From NCBI GenBank assembly GCA_964035545.1, contig OZ037766.1, positions 5,074,722 to 5,138,721 on the forward strand: a DNA stretch of 64,000 nucleotides. Reading direction: 5' to 3'. Below, one piece after another: positions 42,401 through 53,802 of the stretch. The position numbers were made by a program, and so were the translations under genes. How positions within the stretch are numbered: the stretch's first letter is position 1; the number at the start of each line of letters is the position of its first letter. Under the pieces are notes generated by a model, which ran no database searches, was not told the DNA's origin, and saw nothing but the letters and a program-made list of their open reading frames with translations. The DNA comes from Bugula neritina. Its lineage: Eukaryota > Animalia > Bryozoa.

Positions 42401-45400
42401 GAATGCATTCACTCCAATGAACCTGGGTATATGTGTGTATATTATATTGACATATTGAAAGTTTAGTGTATCTTTCCAACATTACATTACATGTGTATAA
42501 CTATATTGCACTGTAATGCCATGCATTTTATTTATGTAATATATAAATGCATTGTGTTTTATTACTTCATTAGGCAAAGTAATTAACTTACATTAATTAA
42601 CTACTGATTGCCTAATAAAGTAATAAAACCACAATGTTTCTTGAATACTTATTCATAATTAAATTGCTAGCTCGTAAAGATATATTTAAATATAAATATA
42701 TATATATATTTATATTTATATATATATCCAATTAAAATGTGTTACCATGTCAAAAATGTGAACACTACAAGTTGAAAAGCATAGTTAAAAATGATAATTT
42801 TAAATCTATAATTAGCACTGTCAGAGGCCTGCAATTTGTGTGGCCGTTAACAGCTTTATAGATCAGTTGATATTAAAAAAACTCGATGAACAATATTTGC
42901 TCTGTCAGTCTTTACTGACATATTAAGCAAATAAACTGTCAGCTACTTTAATAAATGCTAAAAGACACATCAAATATTTGAATGGGAGGGTTTGCTTTGC
43001 GAGGAAGGCCTAAGTACATAAGATACCTCGGTTATAATAAATACAATTCATAGCTACAGAATGAATTTTGTTAATTTCACTAATTGATTGGTTGGCAGTT
43101 ATGTTTATTTTTTAGTTTGTATTGAGTTGGTGAAGTGTTGGCAATGGCGTTACATTTAACACTTACACGTAGAGGATATGATAGTGTTTTTCATCTGCTA
43201 TCGATTACTAAAGTAGCTACTACTGTCCTACACTGGTAACAATTCACTGGCAGTTTCTTATAATACTGTGACTTGTGACTGGTGAAATAACAGTTTCTAT
43301 TTACTACACGGTCAACTGCCATGCAGTGTCATTAAACATATACCTGCTAACATGCCCTGCTATGTGATGCATTGCAGTATATATATAGGGTTATATAAAA
43401 TATATAATGTAAGACTCATGATTTTCTCTATAAATGTGAAAGAAAAAGAAGACTCTATGTCAAAAGAGATAATTATTTTTAAATTTGTGTAAGAAATTAA
43501 AATTTAAAGTAAATAAATAAAAATTCATCAGATTTTACCTTCTTGTGTTTCAGGAATACTGATTAATACTTCACCAGAGCTTTGCTTGTCTTCCAGGTAA
43601 ACCTTTCCGCCCCCACCGAACTCTCTACAATATTTTTAGTCTGAATATATATTCTGTATTCAGCATTACAACTACACAACATGAGAATATATCTTTCTGA
43701 CAGACCTACTTATAAAACTGCAGCATCAAACTCAAAATTAGTTGCAGGTACTTAGATCTCTTTTTATTGTAATGACTTGAGTTAAACACCTGTTGGGTAA
43801 TAACTCATCCAAATTAACAGAGGTTAGTTCTGCTGGACTTGTAAAAATAATATACAGACATTGCTTTAAACTGTATGAATAATTAGAATGTGAAATGCCA
43901 TATTTTATGTTAGGCTTAATGTGACAATTATAATCTAATAATTAAAAAAAAATTACGGAAACAGCGAAAAAAGTTTGACTGGCATCTGCAGCTTTATAAA
44001 TAATAAATGATATTTCAAATTTGCTTGAAAAATTTGTCAAAATTATTTTTTTTAAACAATTATGCAGTATGAGTGTATAACATAACATATGACATTTTAC
44101 ACAGTTTTATAATATAACGTATGTACCTTAGCAATTCCGAGTTAAACTCAACAATAGTCTCTTTCGATTTTGAAGTCTTTCTTCTCTTCTGCTTTTTGCG
44201 CTACCAAACAGAAAAAATGAATATGCAAAATTGAGTTTATTTAAGACATAAAGACTGAAATAAAGAGCATTATTATTATTATTATATTGGCTAACATTAC
44301 ATAACTACATGAGCAAGTGTTTACAATTACCATCCATTGACCTGGTGATTTTAGCAGTTAATTAGTTTAACTTTACAAAAGACAATTTTTAGGTATTCAT
44401 TTCAAACAGCCAGATCTTAATGTTCAGAAAAGAAGCGTAACAAATATTCGACTTGAGTAAGCGAGTAGTCGTATTATAAAGATGATACTTTCTTGTGTGC
44501 AGTATTTATACTCAGTTTACAAGTGAAGTAAATAAAGAGTGATATTGGAGATGAGAAGTGTGGAGTTCACTATATTTACTATATTCACTGGTATAGAAGA
44601 GACACTAGTGGATATTACAAAGTACTTTGAGTAAAAATAGTTCAGAATTTGTTACCTTCATTTATGCTATATTATTCTTTTTGAAAATTGGCCAGCAACT
44701 AACTATAATTAATATTCCTTTAAAATATTCCTGCCCATTTAAATTGGTAGTTGATACTATTTGCTATTTTGTTATAAACTTATTTTTACTAACAACTTTA
44801 AACACTAAAACTAAATTAAATTTTTGAACCATGCAAGGAAAGCATCGGGGAACAAATTAATATATTCCATACTTTATAAAATGCAAATACAAATAATAAA
44901 AGAAACAACAAGTTAGTGAAATAATATAACTATTGTAAATATCAAAGTAAAAACATTTTATTTAAATACTTTTGACAATTTGACTATAATACACACTGTG
45001 TATTCATGATACAAATGCTACTATAAAAGTAGAATATTGATATACCTTGTAGCTTAGCCAGGATATAAAATAAATGTAGACATAAATTGTTGATGTGAGC
45101 CTGCTAAATATTATTATTTGAAATAAATTAAAAACTAAAAAAAGTCTGGAGCCAAGTTTTTTCTCAATATGTTTTTATGACGGTTGACAATTTCATTTTG
45201 CAAAGTCATAACCAAGAGTCTGTTTTGCAAGGTTTTAAAATTAAAAATTAAAAGTTGGTTTAAAGTTTAAACAATACAACTTTTAGTTGTGAATGGGAAT
45301 CTAGGACCACAGCCAATAACTTTCTTATGATAAGCCTTCTATAACTTAAACCTGCTGACTGTTATACTAATGCCAAACCAAGAGCCAAGCTGCCTTTAAA

Positions 45401-45893
45401 AGTGGTAATAAGTTAACCACCCAAATATATTGGTAATTACTGATTGTGACCACTAATTAATGGGATGGGGGAGTTAAGTTGAAGTGGAGTGGAAATGAGT
45501 GATTAATGGAAGGGTTTAGACAGCAGTAGTACTGTGTGCTGCCTAACCACATGGTAATCATCTTAATAGATGCTGTCAAGCCAACTTCACAATGTGGAAT
45601 ATATTGACTGCTCTGACTTTTCCTTCAGGAGTCCGTAATTACATTATTTATGAACCAAATCAACAAAAACATGGATCCCAAACAAACCCTCAACTTTAAT
45701 ATAATAATAGTTAGAAGATTTCTTATTTATTATTACTCTACTACAAATATTATATAAAGTGAATTCATTTGAATTTAGGTGACTTGAAGTTGGGTTAAAA
45801 ACCCTCTAAAAATAGGAATATATAAGATCAAACTCACAGAAAACTTGGCCGAACCTCTAAAATCGACTCTCGAAATTGATGTTCGTGTCTCAT
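30443..45893 (-). CDS. EYA: Eyes absent homolog (EYA; P/S/T/Y-rich N-terminus plus HAD-fold EYA domain); short isoform ~586 aa
   Basis: Exons 5'->3': 45893-45838 (ATG), 43624-43539, 41874-41785, 40546-40472, 39933-39766, 38516-38467, 37553-37376, 36609-36499, 36170-36099, 35805-35660, 34158-34010, 33917-33757, 33124-33010, 31242-31121, 30835-30735, 30523-30443 (TAA); sum 1761 nt, all GT-AG and phase-consistent. Signatures: [96 protein letters not shown]. The EYA domain is secure; the N-terminal exons are less so. Confidence 0.95.
30947..31052 (+). repeat. (GTGCA/GTGTA)n pentanucleotide repeat
   Basis: Tandem units in an EYA intron. Confidence 0.85.
44127..44200 (-). CDS. Alternative EYA exon ([25 protein letters not shown]), phase 0->2
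   Basis: Acceptor TTTTTTCTGTTTGGTAG, donor AG|GTACAT; open frame joins exon 43624-43539 in phase. Confidence 0.7.
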
Positions 45894-46294
45894 ACTGATA
45901 ACACGACTTTCAACAGAGTTCAGTAAAAGTTTTAACGCAGATGTGACATGAGATTAAAAGTTAAAACTTATACAAGTGTAGTACATGCTAATACAGCCGC
46001 AGTTATCTGATAATTCTTATACTGAAGTTTAGAATTTCCACTCCAATGCTAGGTGAGAATCAGGTTTATTTGCTATAGTATCTGTTATCCAATATAAATT
46101 ACTAGCAAAGAATACAGATGTATCAGTTCACTACTATATATTAGCTAGAGTGTTGTTACCCATAATCTTATACATTCACACATTCAAAGCGTCGGCAGTA
46201 AATATCTTATTAAATCGTAACTAAATACTTTAATATCATTTCCTTAAGAATATCTGATAGGAATTGAGAAAATTGAAATAGTACTAAAGCTCAC

Positions 46295-46546
46295 CTATGA
46301 CTTAGCAGTAGCAAAGCACCTCACAAAACCAGCAGTTGAGAATTGAGATTTGTTATTGTCACAAGCTACAGATAATGAATAATCTACAGGACTGACTTTT
46401 TCACAATGACTGTTGAAAAGTTTTACAAAAGATTCTTTTGTAAGCCACTCAAGTAATGACAAGCATAGCCTAAAATACACTACCGAGTGGCATGAGAACT
46501 TTGCCTATATCAATATGACTTAATAATAGGAGGGAGCTGATTGGCT
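46295..46546 (-). promoter_or_regulatory. Candidate proximal EYA promoter and non-coding first exon
   Basis: NF-Y consensus AGCCAATCAG on the minus strand at 46546-46537; strong donor CATAG|GTGAGC at 46295/46294 that can splice to the acceptor (TTATCAG) at 45894, one base before the ATG. Confidence 0.45.
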
Positions 46547-49500
46547 GATACGATGCAAAAGTTGCAAGCTGAGTGAGTATTAATCAAGCCTGCTGAATTG
46601 GGCTAAAACTTGAAATTTGTCTTGTGTGTTATAACAAACATTTGCACAAATCTCGAGAATATCCTTAAAATTGAAACATATTAAATATCATATTATATGA
46701 TATTATTGTATTACCGAGTAAATTAATTATATAGCAAGACATGCTGATTTATAATTTCAATTAGTTTGTTATAAAGCATGTTGCATAAAAAGCTCATGAT
46801 ATTAAGAAATCTAACCTCAACTTTGACTGCAAGAATTTTTAAGCATTTTGAAAAACTTAGAATTTTCCTCAATAATGTTGCAGGGTGTATTTTGTTATAA
46901 AAAGTGTTAATATAATATTGCAGGTTTAATATTCCTTCTCTCAATATAATTACACCATGACATATAAATTAATCAGAAAATTGACCCAAAAAATAAAAGC
47001 AATTTAGAATTACCTAATCTCAATTATACCATGTAGTTCAATGAAATGCATAAGAAATTAATTAATTGAATTAATTTATAGGACGAGAAATGCTAATTAT
47101 ATTTTATTATATATTACAAAACATAAAGAACTTTTTACTTTAAGCCCATTTATTCATTGTTGTTGAAGATTAAAACAGAAACGCTAAGTTATTTGATATG
47201 TTGCTATGAAGCTGTTAATTCCATCATATCACAAACTTTCTCTGATTTCACTCATAAATTTTCACCTACCCTCCTAATTAGTTTAGTTCCAATGTTCACT
47301 TCGAATGTATGAACTTGTAGCACCAACATGGATTCACATGTGCATGTATAATTACATACCCCAAATGCCTATAGGCATTTCCATTTTATTATACTGGACT
47401 TCATGTACCAGCTTGTATATCTAATTTATTACCATTTATTCTTTAATGAGAAAATTAAATCAAATAAATCAAGCTTGCTAAAAAGTCACCTTTTAAACAC
47501 TTGTTTCTACCTGTCAAATAAATTATGTTGACAGCTCTTTCAAATGATGCCTGTAGGCAGCTAGACAGCTGAACTTAATACCATTTGACTTCACACTAAC
47601 TGACATATTATTAATAAAATTACGAAACATAAACACATCAATTACCACATAACATGTATCATTTCTATGAACTCATATTATAACAAAAATTTTCAAAACA
47701 AATTATTTCATCATAAAAACAAATTTTTGACTGAATAGAATTTTAAGTTTTGAAATTTTAGAGGTTCAATTATGTTATGTTGCATTCAATTATTCATATA
47801 CCTTGCTAAGTGATCTAATGTAAAATACAAAGTAAATAAATTGAATTACCAAGTTACATTTATAATATCATTACAGTTAATTTATTGTACTATATAATAT
47901 TTTATTTTCAAATCCCATTTGTGAAAGAAAGTAACCAATTTATTTGCAATTTGTGATTTACCTCATAAGAATTCTATCAGCACCCCTATATTTTACCTGA
48001 CTAATAAATTTAATAATATTGATATTTCATCTCAAAGCAATTGATAAATATTTACCGTGATTACTATAAACTCTGTTTCTCTACTATAGCATAAATAAGT
48101 AAATAAAATACTAGTTATTAGCCCCACAATCTCTCATAATTATCTTAAAAGAGTGTTCTGCTCCTAAATTATTTCGAAAATATTCACTTAATAGTGGCAT
48201 CAAATATCAGACAAATCTGAACAATGGGTAGCTATTATATGGTTAATATTTAGGAAAAAATATTTTTGAAGTGTTCACACAATTTAACTTCAAGGGAATT
48301 TCGTGGAAGCAAGAAGCGGGCTGTTATAAAGAACCACCACCTGCTTGGCTAAAGTTAAATGTCTTGCAAATAGTGATCTCCGAATAAGATTGTAGCATAC
48401 CGTTTTTATTAATAAAATATTTCTAACGGCTGATACTAGAAGTTTACAAAAGAGAAGAGAACAATACATGCAAAGGAGAGATAGACAATTAGTCTAAAGG
48501 GAGACAATAGTGATAGTCAGTGATCAGTATTTTTCATAGACACAGATTTTATACAAGATAATAGTTGAGTAATGTAGGTCAGTGCCAAAGTAACAATAAT
48601 GTTCGTACTTTTCACCGACACTTAGACGACGTCCTCTATTATTCACCTGAGGATAAAAGATGTAAAGATATATTACCCATTTCATACGTAAATCAACGAC
48701 ATTTGAAAAGCTATGAATAAAAAATTTTATTCACCCCTCCTTATGACTAACATTTGCATAACATAATTGATTGTATAGATAATGTTATGCTTATTTTAAA
48801 AAGCAGCTACAAATAGTAAACCGCGAGTGCTATTATAGGAAAGTTTATCACCAAAATATAAGTATGAGTTTACATAACAGCTGCCAAAAAGTGAAGAAAT
48901 TGAGTTCACGTTGCTGCCTGTTCCACTAGTTATTTTAACTTTGGCAGCAGATATTTTAGCTAAGGTTTGCTAACACTTCTAGTTTCGAATATATGCTGTA
49001 AAATTTGAGGTTTTTTGCTTAATAAAATTTTCATAACCAAGTTTTCAAGTTTTGGGCATTAGAATAAGCAACAATTTTGTTGATAAATATAGATATGGTA
49101 AAATTTAAGAAACATCAAAATAAAATATTCAAAATTGGTTAGAAAGAGTCCAACACTGTAACCACTTTACTGCACGAAGCAGACTTATCAAAGTGTAAAT
49201 TTACAAGTTAAATTTCTTATTTTATGTGTTTACTAAAAAATAAAACTGTGAGGTTGTTTGGTAACATTGAAAGAAATATAAGTATCTAGCAAGAAGCCCC
49301 ATGCTTTACATGAACTTGTATATTTATGAGTATTATAATTAAGTTATAGTCTAACCAAATTAGTTTGAAACAAATTAATTTTGATAAATCATAATGAATT
49401 ACCAGTATATTGTCAACTCATGGCTAACACAGCAGCATTTGGTACTCAAGTCAATCTATTATCACATCAAATTTCATGTCTCTGGCTGTACATTATATGT

Positions 49501-50038
49501 AATATATCGTATTTGTTGAGAGTTTCAATTTACTAGGCATATAGATTCTGAAATGCTAAAAACATACATTGAGCAATTGAGGCTTGTTTGTTTTCTAAAA
49601 GATTGTACAAATTTGTAAAAGATTGAATTAATTGTGTGTGTAAAGCCCACGAGATTCAAAAATTCTGTCACTTGTTTACTTTCATACAATTGTAAACATA
49701 TCGTAACAATATGTAAGAATTGTCATTGTAAGAATAGTAGCAAACTGGGCGCCTATTAAATTACAGACTTGTTAGTATTCTATTCTACAAATAATATCCA
49801 AATTGAATGCTGAAACGGCACAGGGCAAACACCGTGCATATAAGGAACTGTATCAACAAATGATACATTACTCTACCTATTTGATTTTTACACCAGTCCA
49901 CACACTCATAACTGCTCAATGGTATCATTAACAAAGCAAGAATGCAAAATAATTATTTGAAATGCTAAAATATTTCGTTGAATGTTATTTACTTCATCAA
50001 TCTCTTTCTACTCAAGTCATTAGATTTTTAACTCAGAC

Positions 50039-50039
<1 letters not shown>

Positions 50040-50107
<68 letters not shown>

Positions 50108-50156
50108 CATATATATATATATATAACTATATATATATTTATATACATATATATAT

Positions 50157-50200
<44 letters not shown>
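50040..50200. repeat. (TA)n microsatellite
   Basis: ~160 bp of TA dinucleotides with few interruptions. Confidence 0.98.
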
Positions 50201-50202
<2 letters not shown>

Positions 50203-50210
50203 TTTAAATT

Positions 50211-50288
50211 AAATTACTCGATCAGGACGGCCTGATGAGCATAGTTTACTACACGAAACAAATTTGTAGTCATCTAAATGAGTGATTT
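50211..50288 (+). ncRNA. Type I hammerhead ribozyme (Penelope/retrozyme-type)
   Basis: Stem I GGACGGC (50225-31) / GTCATCT (50269-75); core CTGATGA (50232-38); stem II G-CA-TAG-ttta-CTA-CA-C (50239-54); GAAA (50255-58); palindromic stem III ACAAATTTGT (50258-67); GUA cleavage triplet ending 50268; distal stem I AAATTACTC (50211-19) / GAGTGATTT (50280-88). Confidence 0.8.
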
Positions 50289-50981
50289 CCTAAATCCAAT
50301 ATAGTATAAATACCAAATATATATACATATATATAAAACGCTGAAAATGAATTAGCTAAACAAGTGGGTGCTATAATTCATAATAATATAAAGCTTGATT
50401 ATTTATAAAGTTGTTAGGCATGTGACCACAACATGGACAAGCAAGTTCTAGCACGAGAATACAACTCAAAAGTAGCACCTGGATTTAGTCTTCTCTAAAG
50501 TTAGAATAGACTTTATCATGGTACTCTGTAGCACATGTATACTACTATTCAAAATCATATATGCATAGCCCTAATAACTGCTAATGTGTGATTGCACATA
50601 TTAGCAGTTGTTGCTATTATTGATGTATTTATAGCATTATTATTGCTACCTATATCGTATGATATTACATCATGTTACATAGCCTATGATACATTATATT
50701 ATATTGTATATAATGTTGCAGAGTGATGTCTAGGCTAAGTTGAATTCTTGTTGCACTAAAATGCAATTTTGACGCAGCCCCCAACTGCTCATACAGGAGT
50801 AAATTGTGCATGTTAAAGATGACAACTCCAAATTAAACAAATATGCTAATGTTCAATGTTGTCTAGCAAACGTAAATAAGACGTGGAATTACAATGAAAA
50901 CTTATTTATTTTATAAACTAAAGTAGTGGTTTTTACTCTATCTTCTTACACAAATATAGAAGTAAATAAATATGAGCTTAC

Positions 50982-53802
50982 TTTTTTGGGTGCTGAAGAC
51001 AGCTTTGAAGCTTCCCGGGATTGTTTTTGATGCTGACGAAGAATGGAAAGGTCACTCTGAAGGTTATTTGTAGCAAGTAACTGCTGACTACATTGCTGCT
51101 TTCTTTTACTCTGCTCTACAGCAGCAGCACATCGCTTCAGGGCTTCACTGGCAGAGCCAGTGGATAAGAAAGAGAAATTGCCTTGGAAACCTGCACCGTC
51201 ATCTGATAAAATGAAAACAGCAGGTATTTTGAAATTAATATATTCTGGTTATGTATAAAAAACATAAATAGATTGCCAGAAATAAATAACTTCTGAAAAT
51301 AAGATTTAATACATAGCTAATTATTCTGACATCTAAGATATAATCATTATATATAGTGAAAACAACTCAAGGTTTTAAAATTCTGTATCATGTCATAAGA
51401 AAAATTATGCCTATATTATATTCACTAAAACATAAACATAATTTTATAGTAAATGGGGTGGGTAAAATTGATGTTTTCAAGCTAAGTACACATGTGTGCG
51501 TTACCTTTTCTACTTCCGCTTTGAGCAGCATCAAATAAAAGAGAGGATACTGGCATTGCATTATTCTTCATAAGTTCTTTGGAAGAAATCATTGTAACTG
51601 TAAATCCCATCAAAATACACATTTATTAACAATATTACTGCATTACTATCACCGTTAACGACAGTGAAAAATGTTTAAACATTTTATTGAATACAAAGAG
51701 AATGAGCGATACTTCTTAGAACCTTCAGTTGAATGAATAATGCAGCATTAATTGGCTTTTTAAATTCAACTTGAATAGTAGTTAATCCTTACTCCTAGTG
51801 CAATATAGGCCATAGAGAATGCTGAAAATTATTATTTAATAAGACAACTCCAAATCATAATTACAGATAATTTTGTGTTTAGAGCATATATAGCATAATT
51901 ATCAAGTTTGAAGGTGAAAATATTAATTAAATTTAGAAGAGAAATTAAAAACACACTAGAGAAAAACTAATGGATCATCTGTTCTCAATCAGTTATTGCT
52001 GCAAAAGTATTTATTGTAAATCTACATAACATTTTTTTTCTTTTTCAATCATGATGACCTAATGTGACATGGAAAACCACTTAATGCAGCACTTTAAAAG
52101 AATTAATTCTTGTCATAGAAATGCCATTAATATCAAGAATGCTTGAGTCATTATTAGCAACTTTATTTTAGAAAAAATTAATGAGCTTTTCCTTAGCATG
52201 AATAAGTCACTACAAATCCAAAAACGTCGTTTAGTTTTGCAAAGCGAGCTCAGTAACTCATCACCAAACATATGACACATTCAGTCAAATGACCACATTC
52301 TGCTCTACATTCAAAGCATGTTTGAAGAATATTGAATTTCTTACCTTTAGAGCATTGCAAGTCATTACTATTCAGTGCTTCGTCAGGAGATACAGTGCGG
52401 GATAACTCCTTATCAGAATTCTCATTTTGAGAGACTGATAGATGTGGAAGATGAAGAGCCGTAGAAGAGAGCAACTTATCCGTTACATTTCTGACAGCAT
52501 AAGAACTTCGCCATTCGTTGGAAACCATAGGTTCCTTCTCAGATAAATCAGTATCTTTTGGAATACTAGTAGGAATGCTATTTGAAGTCACAGGTACAAC
52601 AACTCCACAACTTTTGTCAATTCCTGAATCTAAGTGATACGAGAAAGATGGCAGATTAGAGAAACTAGCCGGAATATTTGTTAGATGAGCAGCTTGCAGC
52701 AAAGACATCATGCTGTCAGGTAACATGGCTGACGTCACATGACCTTGGCTCGTAATATTATTGGGCAACAGGCATGTAAGCGGGAGATGGTTAGGAATGT
52801 ATGTGTTTAGCTGGGATCCTACAGGCTGAACTGCTACAGACGGATGGGTTGCAGTATCCTCTTCCTTATTTTGAGAAACCTGGGTATTGCTGTAAGACTG
52901 TCTTAAGACATGAAGAGCATCAGACTCTAAAGTAGAACCTAGAAAAATACAATTAAGACTTGGAACTGAATATTTAAGGTTATGAAAGTTGTAATCTGTT
53001 ATGTTTTGTGTTTAGTTGTGATAACATGAATTTGAAGTAGTTTGTGTAACATATGACTGTATTGATAGAGCACTAGCAGGCAACTGACTAACAGGGATGA
53101 GTAAATACAATGACAACTGATCATGTGGTAATAATAACAGTTTACATAAGAATGAATGACAAACCACTAATAAGAATATGAGTATATAATGGTGAACAAA
53201 TATATTACAGAACTAAGCTGCTAGTCAGGTTATGTAATTGTAAGAGTATCTATACCTATGTATCATAATATATGTAGTATTTCAGGCTTAGAATATTAGA
53301 ACCAAAGCAAATAAAAGTGTTGAGAGGAACAATAGCCTGTAACACTATTGTAACTGTTTTTAATAAGGCTCTGTTTATTGGAAAGAATCTACATTGTTGT
53401 GTTTTTGTTCTGAAATTGAAGCAAGATTTAAAATTTGTAAACAAGTATTGAATTTTCCGTAAATATTAACTTGTAACAGATGGGGAAATAGTCTATTTCC
53501 AACATTAACATTACATGACTTAAAATTTCTAATTGCATCACTTTTATAATTAAAATATAAACTTGATATATTATTGCCTTATTGCTATTGAATTTTAGTC
53601 AATGTTAAAATGTTTAATCTTGAAAAATATATAATAGCATGCATATACTTATTATTTCAAGTTATAAAATCGCCAACTAAACTTGAGACAGACCAGTGAC
53701 AGGTGTAGCATTTCTCTGGAGGGAAGACGAGTCAACTATAGCCTGGGGACCACAAGTATCTGAAGAAGAGCATGGGACGAGCAGAAGCATGGGCTCCTCC
53801 AT
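50982..53802 (-). CDS. Four coding exons (339 aa, Ser/Pro/Gln-rich, no recognised domain); probable 5' extension of a long EYA isoform
   Basis: 53802-53694 (ATG preceded by in-frame TAA; MEEPMLLLVP..), 52938-52345, 51597-51505, 51202-50982 (..SSAPKK|GTAAGC). All GT-AG, phases 1,1,1,0, no stop. No convincing terminal exon before EYA; in phase with exon 44200-44127. Confidence 0.75.
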
